Assembly: GCF_009914755.1 (NCBI RefSeq)
Contig: NC_060925.1
From: the human T2T-CHM13v2.0 reference genome, Homo sapiens
Reading direction: 5' to 3' (one strand)
DNA length: 64,000 nucleotides
The notes under the pieces: model-generated
Databases searched by the model: none
What the model was told of the DNA's origin: nothing
Seen by the model: the letters and a program-made list of their open reading frames with translations, nothing else
Part shown: piece by piece, positions 31,651 to 45,900 of the stretch
Position numbering within the stretch: position 1 is the first letter of the stretch
Layout of the letters: the number at the start of each line of letters is the position of its first letter
Translations under genes and position numbers: made by a program

Positions 31651-31793
31651 TTTTTTGTGTTTTTTATTTTAAATTTTTTGAAGGTACATAGTAGATGTGT
31701 ATATTTATGGGGTACATGAGATGTTCTGATACAGGCATGCATGCAATGTGACAGAATCACATCATGGAGAATGGAGTATCCATCCTCTCAAGC
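31651..31793 (-). mobile_element. Short 5'-truncated L1MA/L1PB 3' end
   Basis: T-rich tail, 'gtatatttatggggtacatgagatgttctgatacaggcatgc'; degenerate TSD taacttatgctttt / tcacttacactttt. Confidence 0.85.
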
Positions 31794-32244
31794 TCACTTA
31801 CACTTTTAAAAGATTCATCTAGCAGCTGTATTGTGAATTAACTCAAGTGGGCAAACATAGAAGCCAATTAGCAGGCTGATTGCAGTTGTCCAGCTAAGAA
31901 ATAATGGTGGCTTGCCCCACAGTGATAAGAGTGAAAAAGTAGTAGTGGTGAAAAGTGGTCAAATTATGAATACATTTTGAAGACAGAGCAAAATGGGTTT
32001 TCTGAAATTTTATGTGTGGTGTGAGGGAAATAGAATTAAACATGATTTCATAGTTTTGGCCCAAGGAAGTGGAGGGAAATGGAAAAGGCTGTGAGGATTC
32101 TAAGTGTTGGAGGACAATCAGGAGTTTCATCCTGGATGTGCTGAATTTGACTTGCCTATTAGAGAATCAAATGGAGAAATTGAGTGGGCAGTTGGATATG
32201 AGTCTGGAGTTTAGGACAGAGTTCTGAGCTGGTTATAAATTTAG

Positions 32245-32622
<378 letters not shown>

Positions 32623-35600
32623 TAAGACCAACAAGAGAATGAGGAGATATAGAGAAGATAATCAGGTACCAATCACTTCAACATTAAGAGGTTAGGAAAA
32701 GGAAGAACCAGAGAGCATGATAAAGATGTGAGAGAAGAGGAAATCCAAGAGTGTGGAATATTGAAAGCCAGATGAAGAAACTGTATCAAAAAGGAGGAAA
32801 TGATCAACTGGGCCAAATTTCTTAGAAAGTTGCATTTAAGACCAAGAATCGGCTATTGGACTCAACAGCAAGGAGGCCATTAGTGACATATAGGAGAGCA
32901 ATTTTGGTGGAGTGGCAGAGTGCAGTGCCTTATTCACTTACAATTAACAGAGAATAGGAAAAGGGTGGTGGTGGTTTGAGGTAATTCTTGAACACACTGC
33001 AAAAGCTTGTGGCAGAAAAGGAATCAAAAGATAGGTTTTGGATTTTTTATGGCAGAAATAATATTTTGTGTGTAGTATACGTGAATCTGGTGTACACAGG
33101 GAGGGATTAGCCCAAGTAGTGACAAAGTTATTCATTTACAGAACCATGTAGTAAAGCAGCATTGTGAGTGCGGAAACGGTGCAGAAGGTTGGCGGTGGGG
33201 GGTGGTAATTATCAGCTGAATGCCTTCATTTTCTCAACGAAAAAGGAAACAAGATCCTTAGCTGAAAGTGAAATGAGGGAGTAGGTATTAAGGCTGGAAA
33301 AGAGAAATGAGAAATAGTCATGAAAGTGGGAAAGTTAAGACACTTCGGATGCACAATGTGATGATGGGCTGTATTAAGTATCCTCTTGAGGTTCACAACC
33401 ATGAATTTAAAATGAGACTAGTCTTCATGGTTGTCTGTTTTCCTTCAACTATGTGTGGCTGCACAGGTACAGGTACAGAGTAGGTGGGAAGTTGAATTTA
33501 CCTAGGATTTTAGCTTTGCCAAATGAGTTTAAAATTTCCAGGACACACGGGATATGTTTAACTTGTCTAAAATATGTATTGTTAAAGGAATTTTAAATCT
33601 CTTGGGTATCATCTCAGGGAAGAAAAGTGTCTTATGCACAAAGGCTTACTTACAAAGGATTTTTAAGGCTCCCACGTATCTGGCAGGAATTCAGCAGCAT
33701 GTATTAATTGTGAAACTGAGTTTTAAAAGTTCATATATTGGCCAACTATTGAAAGGTACTTACAAGAAAGAAAAACTATATCGAGATAGTGCATTTTACT
33801 ATGACAAATAATTCAACATTCAATTGTGTCAGCTTAAAATGTAGCTACATATACAACTGTCATTTTCATTTGTTGTTAGAAGTGTCTATGTTTAATTTCC
33901 CAAGTAGGGTGACATTATTTTAGGCAGATACTGTACTTTATTCATTTTATTCTCTACTGCATTTAGCATATGACAGAGCACTTGGAAAATTCCCCCAGAA
34001 AAACCTAATAAACAAAAATCTCTGTTGATTAAAATGATCAGATTTACTGTTTTAAGTCCTATATTCCTATCTTGAAATAAAGCCCTCAACACAGTTCATC
34101 TAATATTATACAAATATTCAAATTCACATTGCAGATTTTAAATGTTCTTCAAAATCACTCGTTCTTTAAAAGCACATTCTTAAGTTGGAGTCACTTATGA
34201 GTATTAGCTAAAGAAAGAGTTTAAGTTCAAATTTCATTACTATCTTGTTTCAATAACTTAAATATAATTTAAATTAGTTTCTACACACACAAAATACTTA
34301 GTTTACAAATAAGATACATTACCAGGGAAGTGTCATATCTACTATGATCTTTAAAAAAAATTTAAAAACTAAGGCAGGTTTTTATATTGAAATATACATC
34401 CCTGAAAAACAGATTTTATAATGGAAATACTGACAGACCCATAACAATAGCAGTGCTAGCAGGCACCGCTATAATACCAAACGTCATCAGCCAATTTACC
34501 TCTTCATTCATGTCTGTTGCTAAGTGTCTAGTTACTGTAAATGCTTTAGATTTTGCATAATTTATGTAAATTATTAAACACCTGTTCTCTTCCCAGAAAA
34601 AAAAGATATGGAACAGTCTCCTTAGTTTAATTGATTCCTGGCTTGAGTTCTGTCATTGTTTCCCCAGCAACTACAAGGGAGTGTAGCTCCCTAATGGTCA
34701 GATAGTGTTGGAAAGACGCAGATGTTAAGAATTGATCTCTTAGGAGCATATATCTGTATAGCTTTATGTGTGGTTGGGTGGACATGTAAATGAATAAATA
34801 AAAATATCATTGTTTCTATTGAATTCATTTAGAGCAGAGTATGTATGCTATCAATAATACTTATTGTAAAGCACTTTTGCTGTATTTTCCTGCATTGACT
34901 TTTTTAATACTTTCGGCATCAGCCTTAAGTTTTAAAAACAAAAAATTGATATTATTTTCCTTAATGAGGCAATTCATATTCTTTTCTAAATACCCAATTC
35001 AAATTATTTTCTTTAAAGATTTCCAAATATCCAGTTCACAAAAGTGCACTTAATGTGCACAGAAAACTCAGTGTGGTCACTTGAAGCCTGTTAGAGAAGC
35101 ATAGTTTTTTGTGAATGTTCATTAATTGTTATTGTTACTCTCCTAGATGAAATGCTAAAAAAGTTTCTGGATCCAAATGATAGTATAATTACCTAGCCAC
35201 CCTAGACAGTGCTTTAAATTGTTTCTTTATTAGGCAGAAATCCAGTATAGCCTAAAATTATTTAGTTACACTGAACCAGTTACAGATATATTTTGTATAT
35301 GTAAAATCTTTCCACAAAATTATTTTTAATACAGTTGATTTTGGAAATTGCTTTGCTCAGAAAGGCGTTTTAGAAATTATTTATGAAACATAAAACCGGT
35401 GCCTCAATGGTTCCACCATTGAAGATCAATACATCTTCAGCTACCACAGAAGTCTAATTTAACCACTGAGGGGAATCATAAACTAAGAATCAGGAAGTAG
35501 AGACAGAACCACCAAAAAAAGTGTTTAAGTTCCCTTTACCTATTATATTTGTATTTTTTGGCAGTATTTCCAAACTTTATCCCTAACTGTATGAAATGTT

Positions 35601-35954
35601 CAGTGTTTGAAATCAATGTGGAAAAATATGTATCTTAAGAATTCTGAATTAGAGTTGAATTCATATTTAGCTATCAATAAGGTAAGCTCCAATTCTTAAA
35701 ATTAATGAGAATTTAACTCAGAGTATCTTTTAGTCAGTCTAAAAAGAAGAAGCAAAGAGTGGCCATGCAAATAATAACAAATATAATACAGATGAGTTGA
35801 ATGCATTCAGTTTTTATAAAAGACAAATTAAAACCCGACAAAATAGATACTATGTGATAAAAATCTGGACATTTAACATAAGTTTCATAGTGTGAGGTGG
35901 GTAGTAAACAAAATAAAACAACATGCCTACTACGAGGCAAGCAGATTGTGTAGC

Positions 35955-36355
35955 AGTCATTTGTTGTTGTTGCTGAATAACATGCCACACAAAATTTCCG
36001 TAATAATCAGCAACAAGCATTTATTTCTTGCTCACATGTCTGTAGTACCCTGAGATTTGGCCTATCTTAGCTGGGCTCCTCCTCCAGGCTGGCCTTCCAG
36101 ATGTGAAATGGATCTACATGTCTCTCATCACCCTGAACCATTGGGTACCCAAAGTATGAGCTTCTCACAGTTAAAGGCAGGAGCAAAGGGAGCAAGCCCA
36201 CCTACCCACACAAGCATATCTTAAGCCCCTGTTCACATGTTGTCAGCTAACATCCTATTGCAAAATAAGCTACATGGTCAAACCCAGCATCAATAGGATG
36301 AAGATAAAGAGGGACAGAGTGAATATTTGCAGAACAAAATTTTAATCTGTCACAG
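35955..36355 (-). mobile_element. Old MLT1 LTR
   Basis: 'caacaagcatttatttcttgctca', 'cttagctgggctc', 'gctaacatcctattg..aagctacatggtcaaaccc'. Confidence 0.7.
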
Positions 36356-37199
36356 GCAGCTGTTATTATTAGTATTTAATATATAGTAAAATATTAATTA
36401 ATTCTATAAAATATACATGGAACATTTTAATAAGTATGCTCAGGTAATTAATTTCAGAGAGTGTTTCTAAAGCATGTATTTGCTCTTCTTTACCAGAACT
36501 CCTAAAAATACCTAAATACAGGATGAGCTCATTTACTAGCACCTCATACTGTGTAGTTGAATTAGCAAAAAATACCATGTAACGCATTTACCTAATTGCG
36601 TAGCCCACATGTCCTCTGAATTTCCTTTGTTTCCCTAATCTTTTGAAAAAAATGAAAGGTTTGGTGTGCTACTTCTTGTGCTTGCTCACTAAAGTTATGA
36701 CTCAACTCCTATCTCCCGACCCTATAGTGGACCTTGGCTCCCACCCATGACCAGCAGAACCTCATTTCGTGGTCTACGTGATAGGCTGCTGTTGCACTTT
36801 GCTTGGTTTTCAGAAGATATAAAGTAGAGCTCAACTGCTTCCTTTGTTTCCCAAGCACAGCACACAAGATTTTGATATGCATGTACATTTTTTTACTGAA
36901 GGGTTAAGATAACTTCAGGAGGAAATTTCCATACAAGCTGGAAAATCTTAAATTTCTAGCCAACTCTGAATTTTCTGTGAGTCTAAATAATGGAGGAATC
37001 GAAATACTGAGGCTTCCATAGAAAAGGAAGTCTTCTGTGGATACTTCCTCTAATCTGCACTTTCTTCTTCTCTCATAGGTGCATGTCCCTTCTCAAAGAA
37101 TCTCCTGATTCATGTCTCACTCCCAGTCCCTCAGAAAAACTCCAATCCTCTCCATAGGACAAAATCTCAGCCTCTGGATTTATTAAATATTTGCTTCAC

Positions 37200-37305
37200 T
37201 TTCTTCAGCTCTATCTAAGAGTGTTTTTATAAGGACACAATAAATTACCATATCCAAATGGCTTAGCCAAGTACCTGCACATAGTGAATGTTTAATAAAT
37301 ACCAT
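37200..37305 (+). mobile_element. L2 3' end fragment
   Basis: 'gcttagccaagtacctgcacatagtgaatgtttaataaata'. Confidence 0.6.
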
Positions 37306-37369
37306 CACCATCATCTTCTTCTTCCTAATCACAATTGTCATCACCATTATTATATTTTTATGTTTCACA

Positions 37370-37620
37370 TTGTAAAGAGCATAGACCAGGCTCCAAACTG
37401 CTTAGGCAAATATTCTGTCTTTTCCACCCTGCAGCTATCTGCAATTTATTTAACTTCTCTATAACATATTTCTTTATTTGTGAAGTGAATATAACAATAG
37501 CATCTATATTATAGGATACTTGTAAAGATTGAGCAGATTATTATATACAAATGCTTAAAGAGTTTCTGTCATGTGATAAACACAATATGTTTTTGTTATA
37601 TTTATTGTGATTATTATCCA
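37370..37620 (+). mobile_element. MIR SINE
   Basis: 'tttatttaacttctct...tttctttatttgtgaagtg..ataacaatagcatcta..ataggat'. Confidence 0.7.
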
Positions 37621-39329
37621 CGTACATTGCTTCATGTCTGAGTCATATAAGCTCAAGTATCTTCCTCAGGACTGCCCAAATGACAATGATGTCCATCACT
37701 ACCCAGTGACAAAGTTTTACTATGAATATCTGCACCATAGATGAAGGAGGTAAAGCACACTATTAACGTTTCCTAATCAACATTCTCACCTGTGCGATCC
37801 TGGTCAGCTTCGTCCTTTAATAAATGAAACTATTAAAGTAAGCACATCTATCAAGTATAGACATTAATTTACCCTTCAGCTCTGGTCTAAATCCATACTG
37901 AGAAAGGGAAAAACTTTTATTTTTCCAATTAGCGAGGAGCCTGTCTGCTCTTTGAGTCAATGGACTCCAATTAGTGTGTGCAGAAGTATTTGATTTCTTT
38001 CCTGCCCTACCCCATTGGGCCTACCTGAATCATAAAAGAGATATATTAGCTTTTAATGTGTGTTCTTCTGGTTAATATGGAAGGGCAGGGAACTCAGTTC
38101 TTTATAGCCATTTTCTCCCACTGATAGAAAGATGAATGGGTGTGGAGAGATTATCAATACCCCCCTCCAAGCATATCTAGAAAATACATAAACAACAAGA
38201 AATTCCAGATATTTAAAACCTCCAAGGACTACTTTTTCTTCTTCCTACAAGCAATGCAAGTACTATCCATTAATTTTATACTCAAATGAAATTTTTGCTG
38301 GTAAGTTCTAGCCTGGCTTAAACTAGATTCTAGGTTTCCTAAATGTGGTCTTTTCATAACCACTGGTAGGATTTATCATAGCCATAAAACGAAGTGATTT
38401 ATTTCATTTTTTAGAAGACATAAATATATTATATTCTATCCATCTAATTGTCTAATACCAGTTTAAATTTTCTGCTTAGAGTATGCTTATAAATGGGAAC
38501 ACAGAGAAATGGATACAAACTAAAAGGTCTTCCTGTATTGACAAATACAGACAATTTGAGGACCTTATTATTGAATTCACTGCACCTCTTACAATGGAAT
38601 CTTTCTATAAGATGCCTAAAATTATACTCATATATGTTACTAAGAAATCAAGTAAAAATTTTGCATAAGCAAATTTTAAATATTAATTGTAATCCTTTCT
38701 TAAATCTCTCCTTTCCAACTCTACCACCATTAAAATTTTGAGGTTTAATTTAATTTGCTTAGTATGTGGCAATAGAAAAGATCCAGTCACCCAAAGAATG
38801 CATTCCAGGGAATTGAAGCTCATTGTTATTTGTTCTGAGACGTAAGTATGCCTTGGAGGTATGCTTTAGAATCTATTCGGGTTTGCCAGGTGTTCTAACT
38901 CAGATATACTCTTGACTAGCATGTCATCTGAGCACACTGCCAAATGAGAATTCTTCTGTTAGTGTCTCTCTATGGTGCACTAGAACACAATACAAGTGGT
39001 TGAATAGCAAAAGGAAATAAACCATACTTATATGATTTTCATCTATACTAATAGTAGAAAATTTTGTCAGACTATATTCTCAATAATACCAGCAGATAGC
39101 ATGTAAAGCTTATGTTACATTTAGGGAATATTTCCTCTCGAAAACTTGCCAAATTTTAAGGAGTAGATTTTATGGAGAGTATGTCCAACTTGGCTGTTTT
39201 CTTGGCAGACCATATATTTTTATATTCTGATACTTGTAATGGATTTAAATATAAAAACTTTGATAGTGAAGAAGTTACATGATTTTTAACAATAATTTAT
39301 TTGTTGTTAAGATTGTCTATTTTCATATT

Positions 39330-39560
39330 TTATTTCTTTTCAGTTTTAAGAGTGGAATCGTATGTCTGCAATATTGTCAGAAAATCTGGCTTCTAGAACT
39401 AACTCCCCTACCGACTATGTGGGTGACTTGTGCAAGCCATTTAACATCCCTTTCTTTCAGTTGTCCTATTGCTCAAATGAGAATAATAGCATCTATCATT
39501 TCTGCTTTGTTCTGAAGAGCAAGGTATGTATGTGGACAAACTTTAAGTATATCAAATATT
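39330..39560 (+). mobile_element. MIR SINE
   Basis: 'gggtgacttgtgcaagccatttaac..cagttgtcctat...aaatgagaataatagc'. Confidence 0.7.
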
Positions 39561-42500
39561 AACAATTATAAATCATTATCTCTGTGTGATACAGAGTTTG
39601 CACTAGTGAGTCACTGTGAGTTATGGCTTTTGACTTGTCCATATCTTTTAGAATGAAAGTTAACTATTAGTAAATATCTTTCATCCGGTAACCACTCATG
39701 ACTATCTCTAAGTGTTCCCACACTGGTCCAAATCAAAGAGTATAAAATGATGAGGCACATTTCCAATAATCATTCTGCTTTAGGGCTAGAACTTTATTGT
39801 GCAAAATATATTTTTGTAAGTCTTTTTCCTTAACTTTTGCTTCTTTTTTTTTCTCCCGGAAGCAAAATAAGTGCTAAATTTTTGTTGCTGCCAAAGTTTA
39901 GTTCTATATTTTCCCACATGTATTTTACATAGGTTTATTAATGAGTGAAATAGATTACTTTTTGTTTGTTTGTTTTATTCATGATATAAAAATGATATGC
40001 ACTAGGTCTTGTTTTATGTGTTTTTATTAATCTAGATTTTTTTCTGGTGGTGTATTTGAAACCTGAAAATTTTCCTAATAGAGTAATTAATGCTCAAGTA
40101 GCATTAAAGTAACAATAAATGAATTCTTATGACCTCATTGGTATTTTACCATTCTTATATAGGTAAATTACACTTTGATAGTTTCAACATTCATGATTCA
40201 ATAATCACAAATACATACAAATTTAAAGCTGGCTTATAAATAGTGTTAACCATACAAGACTGCAGGGCCCAAGGCTTAAATAAAGAAGGGCAGGGGTCAA
40301 AGAAAAGGAAAAAAATGAAAAAAAATTTACATAATTTTCCAGTCTCTGGAATTTTCCCCCAGTCTCTTTTTAGCCTGATCATCTGCTTAAAGAAAATAAA
40401 TTAAGTGCTTCAAAGAGAGGTCAAAGGCTTTATTTAGTCAATGTGCATGAGAGAACACCTGGAGGCCAGGTAATTCTCCAAGTTGAAGCAAAATTGAGCT
40501 TTATGGGGGTAGGGGGGTGGGAAAGAGAGCAGTACAAGTCCTCGTGGTTTGGCTCAGTTAGTAGTTTTTTGTCTCTAACTGCTCTGAAAATTGTGGTTAC
40601 AACAGCTGGAGATTATTCTGGTTTTTCCTGCCTCTCGTTCAGTATCATTGGGACAATTCCATCTCCATAACTGCCAGGATACTTATTTTGAGAGCTGTTA
40701 TTTGCAAGCCTTGTGGTTTGTTAGTTGGTCAAGGTTCAAGACGGGGAAAGTAGGGGAGAATAAAAATACCAGGGAGGCAATGAAAAAATTCAAGAAGGCA
40801 AGGGTTGAAGGTTACGGAAACTGGGGACTCTCCATCATGTTTTTCTTAATCCTTTTGCACGTCTTTATCTAAAATTCTGAATTTCTTTGCCATCAAATAC
40901 TATAAATGATCACTTTGGGTTGAAAAAATATGCTAGAAGTTAAGGAAAGGCTATGAAGGTTATAAATTTTTTTAATCTTTCCACAAGACTATGTTTTACA
41001 GCCCCTTTCAATTATACTCTGTAAGTCACTTATCAGCAATGCTTTTTATTCATACTATGCATGTGCACACCTAGTCTTGATGCTCAGATATTTATATAAT
41101 ACAGAGGGCCTAGCTCTGTATGTCCATTGGAAGGAAGTTACTACATGGTAACTTCCTAGTGACTCAGTTACAGAAAAACATTGCATCCCAAAACGCATCA
41201 CAGAAACAATTCTTCCTCTTCTGCTTCTGGTAAATTTCACTAGTTTGAACAGATCTGAATTCACATATGGTTTCAATAAATACAAATGATAGAGAAGAAT
41301 GGAATGGACTAATAACTAGAGAACGAACTTCTCAAAGTTTGAAAACTAACAAGAGTTTTGCTGATATTCAGTCTTACTCTCCAGAGCTCAAAGGACAACT
41401 TTATCTACATTGTAACACAATGTTTTAATTTACAAACAATCTTCATCTACAACTATCTATTTTTTTTTGATCCAGCTCTCTTTGAAAGAACCAAAGGACT
41501 TTGGCATCAATTCCTGTTTCTTTCCTATACAGCCAGTGGATACTGGCCCTATTGTTTCCAGAACAAAATTTCTCTTACCTTTTCTCAAAGTGTTTGTTGG
41601 AACTCATTATTGACACCTCAGTATTTCAGGACCAAAATATTGCAAAAACATTTGAAAACTATGTCAGCATGTATCCAACTGAATGTGTCTTTGCTTCATT
41701 TCCTTTTTATAAAATGTGATGGTTTTTTGAATATTGCATTAATTATACTGGAATGTGTTAACTCTGGAAATGATTTTAACTCTTCTTGATTTGAATAACT
41801 AGACTTTGAACCAGAACCTCTCTGGGGTTCTTGCTGTTACAGAAAATGTATGAAAAAGATAGTAATTTAGCACCAAGTGCCTTATAATTAAGTTAATCGT
41901 TGTCAGCATGTAGCTATAAAGCAAATACTAATTAGTCCTATTTGTATATCCATGGGCTTTTCCGGTTGTCTTTGAGTTAAAGTTTCTTATTTCGGCAACT
42001 TAGAGCCTCCCTCACTGTGCATGGGAAATGTTTTTTTTTTTTTTAAATTTAATGTGCAAATTAAATGCATATTTATTTTCTCTATACAAATGAGCTGAAC
42101 TGAGTTCTTATTAGCAAAAGACAGGTTTTGTAATGCTTAAAATGCAACAAATTTAGGTGAGAAATCTGTGAAATGCCTCGACAGTCTATGAATGCTGGTT
42201 AGGTATTATTAGAGATTCAGTCACTGTTTAATGATCAATTAATTCCTATAGCTTCCTGTATTTAACAAAAGCCTATTTTTCCAAATTGAAGAAAACACAT
42301 ATATCAAAATGAGCTGCATTTGTATATTAACATAGACACAGAAAAAGCCATATGCCCATGCTGAGAGAAATACATTATCCTGAAAATGTTTCAAACGTAT
42401 ATTGGAAAAGGTACCCATGAGCAGACAGAGCAAGTCACATACATACGAAGAGACTTACAAAAATTCAGAGAAACAAACATAATCAGAAAAATCAAAAAGC

Positions 42501-42574
42501 AAAACCAAGACATATTCCCATTCAAAAAAAATCTTAGATTGGAAAGAGCCCTACAGAAATATAGTAAGTGTTCA

Positions 42575-42915
42575 TCAAAATCTGTTTCCTCACCTTCTGG
42601 GAAAACACTTAGATTATATTTCCCAGATTCCCTTGCAGATGTGACCATGTGACTGAGTTCTAGAGAATGGAATGAGAAAGAAAGTGGTGAGTTGCATTCC
42701 CAAGCTTTGCCCACAATGACCTCCTAGGTCCCTGTCTCCTCTGGCTGAAGGGGAAGGATGCAAGCTCTACAGGGACCTTGGAAGGTCTGTGTTAAAGATG
42801 GCAGAGCTGCTGTGAGCCTGGATCCCTGAAATGGACCCGAGCCCCTCCTGGACTCCCTTTTCTTCCACTTGCCATCCACCTTGGACTGTTACTGGAAAGA
42901 AAGAAATATCTTGCA
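42575..42915 (+). mobile_element. MLT1I/J-like LTR
   Basis: 'tttcccagattcccttgcagatgtgaccatgtgactgagttctagagaatggaatg', 'aagatggcagagc..gcctggatccctga'. Confidence 0.75.
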
Positions 42916-43169
42916 CTATTATGTAAAAAGACATTTATTTCCATGGTATTTGAGTTATTATACATTTTAAACTAAGTCTTTGACCTAGAATAATTTAACT
43001 AAAAGAGTGAAAGAGATGCAGACCTAAATGATACTTTTCTGGCTTCTGGTCACCTTATCTATTTCCTTCAAAGATTGTTAGATCTCGTGGAGTTTAAGAA
43101 AATGCTTTGATAGACTTCAGCTACCATGAAGTCTTTGCATTACAAGCCAAACTATAGGGCTTAGTGAAA

Positions 43170-43370
43170 GAGATAGGATAGTGAAGTAAAAATAGCACTA
43201 GACTAGAAATTAAAAGGTATTATTGCTATGTATGATACTTCCTACCTGATGATGTAAACGAGTGACTTTTCCTAACTAGAAATTCTATTTTCACATCTGT
43301 AAGATGAGAGCACTTAAAAAATGATCACCAAATATCCATAACATCATAGTTATCATTCTATGATTCTATA
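43170..43370 (+). mobile_element. MIR3-like SINE
   Basis: 'agcactagactagaa', 'ttttcacatctgtaagatgag', 'cattctatgattcta'. Confidence 0.6.
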
Positions 43371-43719
43371 ATTCAAAAATCCCGAATTATTGCAGAGATA
43401 CTTTTTTTGTAAAACAGACAATAAAATTAAGGAAAGTGAAAAATTACACCATATGCTTTTTTTTTTTTTTCTATATTTTCTGGGAGTTGTAAGATCAGCT
43501 TTAACTGTAGTCTAATCCTGAGTTAGTACCCATCTACTGTCTTATTTATTACAATTATAAAACAATAGGATAATGTGAACAATTTCTAAAATCACTGCAC
43601 ATCTAATGCACCAAGATACTAGGAGATAGCAAGTGCTAATCCTTAGGAATAATTTGCTTATTGGAAGCTTTGTTAAACATACCCTGTTTCTGTGAACAAA
43701 AGACTAATTTAGAAAATTA

Positions 43720-43890
43720 TCTAGGTTTTGAAATATGATCTGTGTGATAATGAGCAAGTTGCTTAACCTCTCAGAACCTTATTGTCTTCAACTATAAATG
43801 GGGGTTAACATTGCCTCTGCTGTTGTTACAAAGATTCAGTGAGATTGGAAATGTGAAAGCTCCTAGTTTAGCCCTTGCCATACCGTAGCT
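43720..43890 (+). mobile_element. MIR SINE
   Basis: 'tgagcaagttgcttaacctctcagaacct...tataaatggggg'. Confidence 0.75.
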
Positions 43891-44284
43891 GATCAGCATA
43901 TGTGCTGGCTTATTCCCCAGCTTACTGCACAGTGTAGAAGGGTGTGCCAAACAGCAGACCCAGCTCTGGCCCAAACCCTTTCTAGTCACTATGAAACATT
44001 CAAGATGGTTAACAGAGGCTTACATATTGGCAGAGCATGCAGATTGGGACAGAAAGACCAAATGGAGATACGCCATTTTAAAACTGACAATGATAGTGGT
44101 TGAATATTTTTTTGGAGTTATATAACTTTAGCTTATAGAAAGAATGAAAATAATTGCTTTCGTTATTATTTTCTAATATTAAGCAACTATTTGCTTTCAA
44201 GCTGGTAAAGGTAATTAACATTTCCTGATCATCTACTAAAAGCCAGAGGTGCTTCTTTCTTGGTTATAGACTTTAATCTGCATA

Positions 44285-44465
44285 ATAAAACTTTCAAGGT
44301 AGGTCTCTCACTCCCATCATTTAGGCAAGAAAACAGAGGATCAAAACGCCTAAGTGCCTTACTCTGGCCAACCTGCTGAACTCAATGTAGAATGAAAACC
44401 CACACATAAAGCAAAACCCAAATGTGTCTGGCTCTGAAGGCCATTTTCTTTTTACTATGTTGCAA
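44285..44465 (-). mobile_element. MIR SINE (decayed)
   Basis: 'cccatcatttaggcaagaaaacagagg...taagtgcctt'. Confidence 0.5.
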
Positions 44466-45644
44466 TGACTTTCAATAATAAAGTCTACAACACCTCCAAG
44501 TTGTTGTGCTTTAATTCACCAGCAATTATTGTGCTCCTTGTTTCTATAAAGCGAGTTCATATATTAAAACTCGGAAAAACAAATCCCAGAATGGGGATGT
44601 GGGAGTAGTACAGCAACTCTTAGGCTTACAAATCCTCTCTAAGTGGTGCTTTGCATTGTGAAGAACACAATTGTTCCAAAATATTTCAATATACTTATTT
44701 ATTGGCAAAAAGTGAGGAGGTAGTGGGAGCATTCTGATGTGTGTTCAAGTCAAATATAACATGGTGAGCATAGAGAGAAAACAAGACAAACTTTGTTTTG
44801 ACAATTTCTTTGCATGATGTCATTTGGTTTTTGTTAGTAAAAAGCTATCAGTGACATCTGTTTATCCATTTGTGAACAAGACAAAGCCAAATTTTGCACC
44901 AGGTCTCTCTGCACAAGCTACTAAAGGAAGGTCTTTTGCAAGTGATGATGTGTCAAAAGTCACAAAAAACTGTTAAAATTCTACTTCTGCTGAGAAAATA
45001 GTGTACTTGATGGATATGTGGGTGAAATGTATTAAATCCAGATGAGAGTGGTATTTTTGTCTCCATTAGCAACAAACACCCAAGAGAATGAAATGTTTAA
45101 CTTAAAGAAAAGATTGTTTGTGATCAGAATGGCAATTTCCTCGAGAGAGGCCAAAATGCAGACAACTATACCACCTGGATATGCCTCTACATTTTAGTTT
45201 CCACTATCCCTCTGAATTATTACACGTGCACAAGAAGATAACTTCAGAGAAAGTTTTACTGTTATGTCTGGAAAGAATTTCTTCATTTTTCAACAATGTT
45301 GTTTTAAGAACTGTTATTTGGAAAACTTTCAGGAATTGCTGTCATCAAACCTACAAACTAATCTCCTTTTTAAATGATAGGTAATTTCTGAAATATCCTT
45401 GTATCTTTGGCTCAGCTCAGCAGATTTTCTACATATGCACCATTTGTGTACCACTGGGCTTCATACTCAAAAGTCATGGTAGGTTCCCACGTGTTTGCGC
45501 ATTACATGCCTCTATTAGAAAACTCAACTGAAGGATTTAACTAGGTGAAACACTTGGGTAGGCATTGTGACTGAAATGGGTGGTTGCATCTACATTGATA
45601 CTAAATTATTGAGTTTTTTTTTTTTTACAATTCCACACATCAGC

Positions 45645-45900
45645 AATTTGTACTGGGCTCAGCTGAAAAATTATTCTGTTGATCTCCCTGAGATCACTCA
45701 TGTGGCCGCAATCATTTGTTGGCTCAGCTGAAACTGAATGATCTAAGGTCAAATCATCCATGTATCTGGTAGTTGGTTCTGGCTTTTGGCTGGGGCAGTG
45801 GGGCTAAGGGGGTCATTTGTTCTCTCATATTTCAGTAAATGTCCAGGCTTCTTCCCATGACATTCCCAAAGGAGCAAAACCAGCACACTCCCATCTAAAG
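45645..45900 (-). mobile_element. Old MLT1 LTR fragment
   Basis: 'ctgggctcagctg', 'tcactcatgtggccgcaatc', 'atgtatctggtagttgg'. Confidence 0.55.

Noticed and set aside
34676-34720. Small hairpin 'agggagtgtagctccct' with tRNA A-box-like 'gtagctc..atggt'
   Set aside because: No B-box or cloverleaf structure.
38760-38848. Strong-looking donor GAC|GTAAGT with a weak upstream acceptor
   Set aside because: Poor polypyrimidine tract and no coding signal; isolated splice-like sites are common by chance.
41358-41789. 143-aa ORF (and similar AT-rich ORFs, e.g. 23884-24195, 48477-48842)
   Set aside because: F/L/I/S- or K-rich composition typical of random AT-rich DNA, no recognisable domain; the 143-aa ORF also has a non-ATG start.
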